This document shows positions 10,862 through 20,662 of a stretch of 64,000 nucleotides of DNA, one piece after another. Position 1 is the stretch's first letter, and each line of letters begins with the position of its first letter. Origin of the DNA: an uncultured Nitrososphaeraceae archaeon. Lineage in GTDB: Archaea; Thermoproteota; Nitrososphaeria; Nitrososphaerales; Nitrososphaeraceae. Where the stretch lies: positions 1 to 64,000 of the forward strand of contig CAVXZB010000023.1 of NCBI GenBank assembly GCA_963765895.1, given 5' to 3'. The notes under the pieces are model-generated. The model saw only the letters and a list, made by a program, of their open reading frames with translations, made no database searches and was not told the DNA's origin. Both the position numbers and the translations under genes were made by a program.

Positions 10862-12080
10862 ATGTCAGCTGATACTGCCCCTAATACTACTACCCAAACT
10901 GATTCCATTTATTTGGATAATGCTCGCTTCCACTCCCTTATTAAATGAGGTATTCCTTGAAATGATGCCCTATCTTAGGACACATTATGGCAATCCCTCA
11001 TCCCTCCATAAGCACGGATTTGATGCTAGGCGTGCTATCTCAGTAGCAAGGAGACGAGTTGCATCGATAATTGGCGCGTCAGATAAGGAGATAGTCTTTA
11101 CTTCGGGTGGTACGGAATCTAATAATCTAGCGATAAAGGGAGCAGCACTAGAATGTCGATCTGAAGACTCGAGAAGGACTCATTTAATTACAAGCAAGAT
11201 AGAACACGAGTCGGTATTAGAACCTATTAGAGAACTTGAAAAAGAGGGGTTTGAAGTCACTTACCTCCCAGTATCAAATGATGGGATTGTTAATCCTGAT
11301 GAAATGAAAGAAAATATTTCAGGAACGAAGACAGCTTTTGTAAGTGTCATGCTTGTAAATAATGAAGTTGGAACTATCCAGCCCGTGAAGGAGATTGCGA
11401 AAATAGTACAGTCGACAAGTAAAGAAATCTTACTACATTGTGATGCTACTCAAGGTGTAGGAAAAATCCCTGTAAACGTGCAGACCCTCGGGATTGATCT
11501 ACTCACGATCTCATCTCATAAAATAAATGGTCCGAAAGGTACTGGTGCACTTTATGTACGACGCGGCGTAAGAATAAATCCCCTGCTACTTGGAGGAGGA
11601 CAGGAGGCATTACTCCGCTCAGGCACAGAAAATGTATATGGCATTGTAGGCTTTGGCAAAGCATGTGAAATCGCTCTGTCGAATATTACCAGTAACGAAC
11701 GTGAAATCTCAATAATTCGTAACTACTTGGTTAAAAAAGTCCTCAATGATATACCTAGTGCACGATTTAATGGTTCAGTAATTCACAGAATTCCGAATAA
11801 TGCTCATTTCACAATTTCAGGGGTAAACGGAGAGGATCTAGTTATGAAACTAGACGAATATGGTATAGCAGCCTCTACAGGGTCTGCATGCTCCTCGAGA
11901 AAACAGAAATCTTCTCATGTCTTAAGGGCGATGGGATTTTCCTATGATGAAGTAACTGGTTCACTCCGGATAAGTATAGGTTCCCAGAATACAATTCAGG
12001 AGGTGGATCGATTCGTCATGATATTATCCCAGGTTATCAAAGAACTAAGAAAATTTTCACCCATTACCCCTAGATTATAG
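10862..12080 (+). CDS. iscS: Cysteine desulfurase IscS/NifS (frameshift at 10925)
   Basis: 'YLDNAAST' after repair, 'GNPSS', 'SGGTESNN', 'SSHKINGPKG', 'STGSACSS'. Confidence 0.93.
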
Positions 12081-12127
12081 CCATACGCTGACAACATTCT
12101 TATTCTAGGCTTCATACCCTGGAAATA

Positions 12128-12632
12128 ATGTCCAACGGATCGATTGCGGACACCTATGCTAATGTTCCAGATAAATCCCAACAGGCGCCTAATTTTGAGC
12201 TGCCTGATACTGACATGAAGACACATAGACTTGGTGACTACAGAGGGAAAAAAATGATATTGGCTTTTTTTCCAGCCGCAGAATCCCCTGTTTGTACCTC
12301 GGGAAATGTGTAGTTTTAGAGATTCTATTGGCGAACTAAGCAAATATGAATCACAAGTGATTGGAATTTCAGTCGATGGCCCATTTGCAAATAAGATGTT
12401 TGGTCAAAACCATCACATTAATTTTCCCTTGTTAAGCGATTATAGAAGACAAGTAGTTAACAAATACGGGATTGTTATGAAAAACCTAGGCCCTTTAGCT
12501 GACTATGATGCAGCAAAGAGGTCTATTTTTATCTTGGATAAAGATCAGAAGATACAATATAGATGGGTATCTGACAATCCACTAATTGAACCCAACTACG
12601 AGGAAATAAAACAGGTATTGAAGACCTTGTAA
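12128..12632 (+). CDS. Peroxiredoxin, BCP/AhpE-like (frameshift near 12302)
   Basis: 'APNFELPD', 'FFPAAESPVCTSEMCSFRD' after repair, 'FPLLSD'. Confidence 0.88.
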
Positions 12633-12854
12633 ACCCTCTATTTATCTTTACACATAAATTCCTGTCTACCAATCCTCCTTTGTTTTCAGTATTTCGATAT
12701 CCGTTGGTATCGCACGAATAGGAATAATTAGCATTTTATTGGTAGTCATTGTAAAAACCACCGCAGTGCACTGCAATTTAAATCCCTATCATAATGACAA
12801 TTATCATCAGAATCTCAATTCTATGGAGTGGTCGTATTCTGTTTGTTTACTTGT

Positions 12855-13368
12855 TTATTCGATTATTGCAATGATATCATTTCTGGAAACGGTCGCTCCT
12901 TTCTTAACCCTAAGCTCCTTTATTATTCCATCCTTGTGCGCCTTCACAGCTACCTGCATCTTCATTGATTCCAATACCACAAGGGAATCCCCTTTCTTCA
13001 CTTCAGCCCTTGCTGCCTGCAAGAATATTGACGACCCGGCCCGGAATTTGACTAACCAGTATATTTTCTCCCCCTATTTTCGCAGTCAAAGATAAAGATT
13101 TTTCGAGAATCTCGGCCAGTTTAGAATGTTGCTTGACCGTATGCGTACGACCATTAATGGATAACCTTACTTCTGAACTCCCGGATTGAATAATCTTTGC
13201 AGAATAAAAGGAATCATCTAGAATGAATTCAAAGTAATCTGATCCTGACTTTAACATTTTGATTTGATACTCCTTACCATTTATGTTTACGAGAATCAAT
13301 CCACCCCCAAGAGATCTAACCAATTCACCGTTTGCAATTTCCTTAGTCCCACCAATTTCAAAATCCAT
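12855..13368 (-). CDS. Biotin carboxyl carrier subunit of acetyl-/propionyl-CoA carboxylase (frameshift near 13015)
   Basis: 'SQIPGRVV' followed by 'VKKGDSLVVLESMKMQV' biotinylation motif in the shifted frame. Confidence 0.92.
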
Positions 13369-13375
13369 GAATGAT

Positions 13376-14890
13376 TCACTCTTTGCTTTGCCAGCCAGTT
13401 CTCTGTTTCGAACTGATATTCTGTTGGTATAGGTGACTCCTTTTGACAAATTCCGACCTTAGTAGAATGGCTGAAATAGCTGGAATTAAATCTCTTTTTG
13501 AGCTTTCTACGGCGTCACGATTCATCCTATCTAATATACTAAACCTCTCAAGATAATCTGTTGAAAGTTCTCCTTTTATGAAATTATCCTCATCCATTAT
13601 AGTCTTAAACAGTGGTATGGTGGTATTAATCCCTTCAACGGTAAATTCGTTTAGAGCATTTTTAGTGCGAACCCTAGACTCTTCAAAATCTTTACCCCAT
13701 GCTATCAATTTTGCTACCAGGGAGTCATAGTATCCTGATACTGAGCACCCCGGATAGAGATACGTATCAACTCTTATTCCTGGCCCATATGGTATAGTAC
13801 AAGTAGGTACAGTCCCTACTGATGGTGTAAAGCCAAAAAATGGATCCTCGGCATTAATTCTACATTCAATTGCGCATCCACGTAAGCTCAAATCATCTTG
13901 CTTGAAAGGAATTGCTTCGTCCTGTGCAATTGAAATTTGGAGTTTTACAAGATCTATCCCCGTAACCAGCTCAGTAACAGGATGTTCAACTTGTAATCTC
14001 GAGTTGATTTCTATAAAATAGAAATTTCCCTGTTCATCTCGTAGAAATTCAGCCGTTCCTGCATTTAGATAGTCGACTGCTTCTGCAGCTCTGACTGCTA
14101 TTTCTCCAATTCTATTCCTGGTCTCATGATCCAACACTGGCGAAGGGCTCATCTCAACGAGTTTTTGGTGCCTTCTCTGAATGGAACATTCCCTCTCAAA
14201 GAGATGCCTACCCTGGCCGTGTGAGTCTCTTACTAACTGATACTCAATATGCCTAATCCTCTGTAGATATTTTTCAACATACAGAGCAGCCTTTCCGAAT
14301 GCAGCTTTTGATTCTGCCGCAGCCATCTCAAATTCTTGACGCAACTGTTTTTCATCATTAGCAAGTCTAATTCCTCGACCTCCTCCTCCGAAGGCTGATT
14401 TTAGTAATACAGGATAGCCAGCGGTAGCCGCTATATCAATAGCCTCTTCCATATCATTAATTATTCCATCGCTTCCCGGAACAAATGGAATATCTGCCTT
14501 TTTCATTACGGCCTTGCATTTCATTTTATCGCCCGTAATTTCCATAGCCTTTTTCTTTGGGCCAATAAATATAATTCCGTTTTTTGAACATAGTTCCGGA
14601 AAGTTTTCATTCTCAGAAAGGAACCCATAACCAGGATGAATAGCATCCGCACCAACCTTAGTTGCAATCTCGATTATTTTGTCAATGTTAAGATAGCTTT
14701 CTGAAGGAGAAGGTGGTCCGAGATAATACGCCTTATCTGCTCTCTTTACATGAATAGATCTGGTGTCTTCGTCCGAATAAAGTGCTATCGACTTAATGCC
14801 TAGCTCACCGCATGCACGAATAACTCTAAGGGCTATCTCACCCCTATTGGCTACTAGCAGACTTTGGATTTTTTTTGTCAAACCCATCAC
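13376..14890 (-). CDS. accC: Biotin carboxylase subunit
   Basis: 'ANRGEIA', 'HPGYGFLSEN', 'GGGGRG', 'ERECSIQRRHQK', 'RLQVEHPVTE'. Confidence 0.96.
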   Translation of the reverse strand: MMGLTKKIQSLLVANRGEIALRVIRACGELGIKSIALYSDEDTRSIHVKRADKAYYLGPPSPSESYLNIDKIIEIATKVGADAIHPGYGFLSENENFPELCSKNGIIFIGPKKKAMEITGDKMKCKAVMKKADIPFVPGSDGIINDMEEAIDIAATAGYPVLLKSAFGGGGRGIRLANDEKQLRQEFEMAAAESKAAFGKAALYVEKYLQRIRHIEYQLVRDSHGQGRHLFERECSIQRRHQKLVEMSPSPVLDHETRNRIGEIAVRAAEAVDYLNAGTAEFLRDEQGNFYFIEINSRLQVEHPVTELVTGIDLVKLQISIAQDEAIPFKQDDLSLRGCAIECRINAEDPFFGFTPSVGTVPTCTIPYGPGIRVDTYLYPGCSVSGYYDSLVAKLIAWGKDFEESRVRTKNALNEFTVEGINTTIPLFKTIMDEDNFIKGELSTDYLERFSILDRMNRDAVESSKRDLIPAISAILLRSEFVKRSHLYQQNISSKQRTGWQSKE

Positions 14891-14894
14891 ATTT

Positions 14895-16438
14895 CTAAAG
14901 ATTTATGTTTCCATGTTTCTTCGCCGGTCTAGATTCCTTCTTATTTGTTAAAGCATTCAGCGCAGCAATTATTACTGGCCTTGTCTCCATCGGGTCTATT
15001 ACCATGTCAATGATTCCTTTCTCGGCAGCTATGTAAGGGTTAGCGAATTTGTCACGAAACTCCCTAGCCAGTTTTTTCTTTACCGACGTGGCGTCATCAG
15101 ACTGTTTTAGAGTCTCTTCTATGGATAATTGTAATTGCGGCCTCAGGTCCCAAGACGGCGATTTCGGCTGTCGGCCACGCGAAGTTCACATCGGCTTTCA
15201 GATTTTTACTTCCCATTGCAATGTAGGCCCCTCCGTACGCTTTGCCTATAATACATGTAATTTTTGGAACCGTTGCCTCACAGTATGCATAGAGCGAGCT
15301 TGCTCCCATGTCGAATTATTCCGTTATGTTCCTGATCGGCCCCTGGCAGGTATCCAGGAGTATCAACTAAGGTAACAAGTGGGATATTATAAGCATCGCA
15401 AAATCTAATGAAACGCGCAGCCTTGTTTGACGAATTTATGTCAAGTGCCCCTGCCAGGTACATCGGCTGATTGGCAACTATTCCAACTGATCTTCCGTTC
15501 AATCTAGCAAATCCTACGATAATATTTTCCGCGAAAAGCTCGTGAACTTCAAAAAAATCTCCGCTATCGACAATTGAGTTTATCACTTGCTTCATGTCAT
15601 ACTGTTCGTACGGATTTTCGGGAAGAATGTTTAATAAATTTGTATCAAATCTATTTGGCTCATCCGTTGTTTCTACTATCGGCGCAGGCTCTGAATTATT
15701 TTGGGGAATGTATGACAGTATTTTCTTTATCTTGTCCATGCATTCATATTCATTTTTCGCCACAAAATGAGCAACACCAGATTTTGTAGCATGGGTTATT
15801 GCACCACCTAATTCTTCAAATGATACTTCCTGACTCAAAACTTCCTTTACGACCTCTGGGCCTGTTACAAACATCTGCCCAATATTTTCAACCATTATAA
15901 CAAAGTCCGTCATAGCGGGGGAGTAAACTGCTCCTCCAGCACAGGGTCCTATGCTTGCGGTTATCTGAGGAATCACCCCTGATGCCATAGTGTTCCTAAA
16001 AAAAACATCGCCATAACCATCTAAACTCATGACACCTTCCTGTATTCTAGCGCCGCCTGAATCAATTATACCAATCAATGGAGCGCCAGATTTCATAGCA
16101 TGATCCATTAATTTTGAAATTTTCTTTCCTGCCATCTCGCCTAAAGAACCCCCAAGCACGGTGAAGTCGTAAACGTATACGAATACCTGGCGGCCATGAA
16201 CCTCGCCAAATCCCGTTATGACTCCGTCTCCGTAATATTTCTTCGAATCAGGATCATCACTGCGATGTACGACATATTTGTCAAGTTCAAGAAATGTTCC
16301 TTCGTCCAAAAGTAGAGCGATCCTCTCCCTGGCAGTCAACTTGCCTTTTGAATGTTGGGCGTCTATCTTCTCTTGACCACCGCCTCCCTCGGCCGACTTT
16401 TTCATTTGGTACAACCGCTTTAATTTATCTTCATGCAT
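14895..16438 (-). CDS. Carboxyltransferase subunit of acetyl-/propionyl-CoA carboxylase (frameshifts near 15296 and 15110)
   Basis: 'KLTARERI', '[10 protein letters not shown]', '[11 protein letters not shown]', 'GKAYGGAY', ends 'KHGNINL*'. Confidence 0.95.
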
Positions 16439-16465
16439 GGCCGTCCATTAATGCCAGGAGTTGGA

Positions 16466-16473
16466 TATATAAA
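16466..16473 (-). promoter_or_regulatory. TATA box of the carboxylase operon
   Basis: Minus strand TTTATATA about 28 nt upstream of the ATG at 16438. Confidence 0.55.
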
Positions 16474-16674
16474 TTAATTACGCATAAAACTATGTTAGTA
16501 GGTATATACTTTGAGTCAAGATTTAGGTCTTGAACCTGAAGTCGTAGGTATTTCGTTTCGTCTTGATATGGACCATGTAGGTATTACTAATTATTGGACA
16601 AGCTAATAACTCGTGAACGATACGACTGCCTGAATGGTTTCTCAGGATTAATGCAATTGTTATACAGAGCTAAT

Positions 16675-16734
16675 AGATTAGTCCAGATTAGATTAAATTA
16701 GATTACATTGAATTGTATTGAATTATAGTAAATT
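16675..16734. repeat. Degenerate pentamer array, consensus close to AGATT, 12 units
   Basis: agatt agtcc agatt agatt aaatt agatt acatt gaatt gtatt gaatt atagt aaatt. Confidence 0.8.
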
Positions 16735-16909
16735 TGGCTGATCTATCGTAATAATCCCTACCATTATTCTCTACTCATACGACTGACAACAATTGACCTC
16801 TGCCCTCTAAAATTAGGTAAAACGTTTAATAAACAACCTGAGAGCGGAAACCGGTGAATAGGTCAACGCCTGTGTCGGATAATAGCACGTGCATTAGAAA
16901 AGTAAATTC

Positions 16910-17122
16910 CTACTCACGTAGGCCGCTTCTTCCACCCTTGGCCCTACGAAAGTAATTCATACCCATGTTGTAATTCTCAAATAATGATTGCGTTGTACTC
17001 AAGCGATTAGTCAGTTCCTCAATCTCCAACTTATTTTTCTCAGCATTTTTTTGCAACTCCTCTAATCTCTTCCTCTCTTTTACCAATAATTCAGCCACAA
17101 TATACTCGTATTCGCTTGACAT
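16910..17122 (-). CDS. Small coiled-coil hypothetical protein (70 aa)
   Basis: ATG start, heptad-like charged helix, basic Gly-rich tail, upstream AT-rich promoter-like tract. Confidence 0.75.
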   Translation of the reverse strand: MSSEYEYIVAELLVKERKRLEELQKNAEKNKLEIEELTNRLSTTQSLFENYNMGMNYFRRAKGGRSGLRE

Positions 17123-17309
17123 ACGAGATATGTTTTATAGGGATTAGATTTATTCTTTACTACCAGTAGCAATGATAATAAGGTGCTTCCAGCCTTATTT
17201 ACTCGTAGCTTTCCACAGTCAGAAATTCAGACCGAAATACTTCATTAGGTTATCATCCTATGCTGGATATTGGTATGGTAGCAGTAATATTTTGTAGTCA
17301 AGAACTGGA

Positions 17310-18399
17310 TCATTGCCTTAATAAGCTATCAAGATTTTTTTGTAAAAGAGGGAAAAGATCTCTTTTGACAATTTCATTATACCAATATTGATTATAATGG
17401 CTAATTGAAAGGAACAAAAATTCCAAAAATGGTCTTAGTTGGAATTCATATGGTAGCATATCAAGTGCCATTGCCGCTTCATCCAAATAATTCTTGCACT
17501 TTCTTATTGTCAACTCGAAGCCTTTTGTTACATCATCAGTGACAAGAGAATAATAAAGTGGCCATGATGGGATCTTTATCGAACCATTTTTTATTGCATC
17601 CTGGATCTCATTTCCGCATCCAACACACTCACTTGCCTTTGCCATCCCTAAATGATATACATCTGCAAGAGGCCTACGGTTAAGCGACATATTACGCGCT
17701 GCTGTGCCCATGACTGCACGGTATTTTTTATAACATCCGATCATTTGTTCATCAGTAATTGATTCAGGTTTCTTCTTTAGTCGCGTGTCGATATATTGTC
17801 CAATTCTAGCATCTTTAAAGCCTTCTTCAAACGCTCCCAGTACAGAATCTCCCCCTTGAGAGATCTTTTGTCTAGCGACTTCAAGGATGTAAGGATTCAT
17901 AAGCTTATAGTCATCTAGATATTCTAAATCTTCATCCTTGTCCATTATTCTATCCATTGGTTCGCTTAAATCAATGGCGATAAGATGTCCATCGATAACA
18001 GAATTTCTAGTATCAGGAGGCAGTCCTTCCTTAAAGTAATCCTCCGCACCATCAAATAGTGCGTGCAGAACAGGAAAAGTCATTATAACAAAGTTAGAAT
18101 TAAGAATTCTTTCAACTCTGTCAGCAAGAATTTCTGGTCGTGATAACCTAGCCATTGTGTCAACCACTTTTTTTTCTTCCAAAACAAGTTCAGAAGACCC
18201 AATCTCATCTGTAAATTTTTTTAGTGTGATGGCGGGATTCGAATCAGAAATAATCTGTCTGTGCAATGATAGTAGAAATCTCTTGGTAAATTCCTGGAAT
18301 TGTTCTTCATTCTCCCGATCATATTTCTTAAACTGCCTATATCCTTTCTCACGTAGTAATGCCTGCTTTATGATGTCCTTACCAGCCCTCGGTACTCAT
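17310..18399 (-). CDS. Hypothetical alpha-helical protein, possibly class I isoprenoid-synthase fold (frameshift near 18387)
   Basis: Long ORF extending to the ATG at 18399 after removing one G; motifs 'DRIMDKDED', 'GQYID', 'VGCGNEIQDA'. Confidence 0.75.
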
Positions 18400-18653
18400 T
18401 AATGTACTTTTTTTAAAGAGAGAGCCATCCTTGGTATTCATGTATACTGGTTTCAGTATATTGCCTCGTTATTTAAGTTTCATAGCTAATATTTATTAAA
18501 TTTGGAAGGCTCCTCGCGGTTTCTAAAATATTATCATTAAAAAAATATATGCAAATTGCTAATTTGGTCCGGCAAATCAAGATATTATTAATCCTGCGGA
18601 TCCAGATCTTGCATGTGAGATCTTTGAACTCATGTAACTTTGTCCCTCGCTTT

Positions 18654-19267
18654 CTATCGTGATGACATGGCAATTCGTTCTTGTTCATTCTTCTTTTTTA
18701 TTGCATGGCTTGACATATCGTTATTGGAAGCCATTACAAGTTCCTTTGAAAGTGCCTCTTCGATTGTTTGAGGGTTAGTGTAAGTAGATTCTTTGACGCC
18801 TTCTGCGATAAATCTTAGTGCAAGGTCGACCCTTCTAAGAGGGGCAACATCGACTGACACATGGTATACAACACCACCATAGACAATTCTAGTTGTGTCC
18901 TCATTCGGGGAAGAATTCTCGACTGCCTTGACTAGTATATCGATAGGATTCTTGCCAGTCTCAAGATGAATAATATCCAAGGCCGTTTTAACAGCGTTAA
19001 GAGATTTTGCCTTCTTACCACCCATCCTTCCGGTGTTTTTGGCATACCTTTTACCAAAATGCATCATCTTGTTTGCCAGCCTCTCTACTATGTGTATTTC
19101 AGCTTTTTTCAGTCTTTGGTGTTCGTGTCTTCCAAACGTTACAGGAATTACAACAGCAGGCTGCAAAGATATAACCTTGCGCAGACCCACGTCATTTATC
19201 TCGATTTTCCTGGTATCCCATTTGTTAAATAGCAGAATATTTACTTGTTCTTTACCACTCGTGCCAA
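18654..19267 (-). CDS. rps7: 30S ribosomal protein uS7 (indel near the start)
   Basis: 'LLFNKWD', 'IVERLAN', 'SVDVAPLRRVDLALR', 'ERIAMSSR'. Confidence 0.95.
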
Positions 19268-19268
19268 A

Positions 19269-19706
19269 TCATCTCCTAGGCTTTTCCTTCTTGCCGTATA
19301 CGAGCTCATTCAGAGAAACACCGTTGACTTTAAAAACTTGCCATCTGACCCCCGGTATATCACCCATGGCCCCGCCCATTGAACCACCTATGCCTTCTAA
19401 TATTACTTCATCATGTTCATCAACAAAATTCAGGGCCCCATCTCGGGGTAGAAAGGCAGTGATAGATTTTCCATTCTTGATAAGTTGAACTCTAACACAC
19501 TTCCTTACCGCTGAGTTGGGCTGCTTGGATTCAATTCCCACCTTTTCTAATACAATACCTCTAGCTTGTGGTGCGCCCTCCAGTGGATTTGCCTTCTTGT
19601 CAAGCATCAGCATCCGACGCTTGTAATACTTATTTGCCCATCTGGCACGATTTCTCTTGGAGCGTAAAACGCGACCAGCAAATAGTCCTAATGGAGATTT
19701 AGACAT
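19269..19706 (-). CDS. rps12: 30S ribosomal protein uS12
   Basis: '[20 protein letters not shown]', 'GDIPGVR'. Confidence 0.98.
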   Translation of the reverse strand: MSKSPLGLFAGRVLRSKRNRARWANKYYKRRMLMLDKKANPLEGAPQARGIVLEKVGIESKQPNSAVRKCVRVQLIKNGKSITAFLPRDGALNFVDEHDEVILEGIGGSMGGAMGDIPGVRWQVFKVNGVSLNELVYGKKEKPRR

Positions 19707-20186
19707 TCATACATACACCTCATTACTATCACTTGGAGATTGTTCGGAATTGATAATAAAAACGTTAGATATCTGAAAATAACGCCTTGCTAAAAGTCTT
19801 GCTTTTTCTGCGTTTCGACCCTCTCTACCTACTACTATTCCCTTTTTTTTCGCGTCTACGACAACCACAGCTTGTCTAGTTCCATCTGTTCGCTCATCGA
19901 TCCGTATCTGATTTATCATATCACTATTCAATATGTTGCCTAGAAACTCCGAAACATCATCTGAATATTCTACAAGTTCGACTTTTCTGGCAACAACGCT
20001 TTGTAGTTGCTTGATGGTAGCGCCACCCTTCCCAATAGCAAGACCCATTTGGTTCTTACTAATTACAAAAATTACCCGATCCATCTTATCATCTACGATG
20101 CAGTCCCTAGCCGTAACGCTAGTAACGCTTTGGAAAAGTGACATTAGGCGTAGCTCATCAGAAGTAAGCTTAATTTTTTCAGTCAT
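19707..20186 (-). CDS. nusA: Archaeal NusA (KH domains)
   Basis: 'GLAIGKGG', 'VGREGRN'; rpoA-L30e-nusA-S12 synteny. Confidence 0.93.
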   Translation of the reverse strand: MTEKIKLTSDELRLMSLFQSVTSVTARDCIVDDKMDRVIFVISKNQMGLAIGKGGATIKQLQSVVARKVELVEYSDDVSEFLGNILNSDMINQIRIDERTDGTRQAVVVVDAKKKGIVVGREGRNAEKARLLARRYFQISNVFIINSEQSPSDSNEVYV

Positions 20187-20266
20187 ATCTCAAATCACGA
20201 TAATTTATCCTACGTTTTAGCATCAATTGGTAATTCTTGCTGAATATCAAAGTCCAATTTAAGTCT

Positions 20267-20662
20267 TCATACTCCACTAAGACACTCTAGATCAAATGGG
20301 AAAACCAATTTATTAGCGAATCTTTTTTTTCTCCGTTCATGATCATTGATGTTCTGATTTTTCTGAGCATCAAGTATTACATTAATATCTTCTTCCGTTC
20401 CACTCTTCAGTCCAATTACACTGACTCTAAAAGGCTTGTTACATAACTTTCCTAGTTGAACAGAATTACCTTCGTAATAGCAAATTGGAACCGTGGATTC
20501 CCTCGATATTTCTTCTATTTCCGTTCTTGTTGCTGATGGAACCGAATTCGATATGATTAGCAACTTAGAGGCCTTAATCGAGGGCAACACCTCCTTAATC
20601 CCGCACTTGTATTTACCAGGCGCCACTAAATCTTTGATTACTTTATTGAGTACTTTTACCAT
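20267..20662 (-). CDS. rpl30e: 50S ribosomal protein eL30
   Basis: 'GNSVQLGKLCNKPFRVSVI'; synteny. Confidence 0.88.
   Translation of the reverse strand: MVKVLNKVIKDLVAPGKYKCGIKEVLPSIKASKLLIISNSVPSATRTEIEEISRESTVPICYYEGNSVQLGKLCNKPFRVSVIGLKSGTEEDINVILDAQKNQNINDHERRKKRFANKLVFPFDLECLSGV

Noticed and set aside
16675-16734. CRISPR-like array
   Set aside because: Units are 5 bp with no spacers, and no cas genes are present in the window
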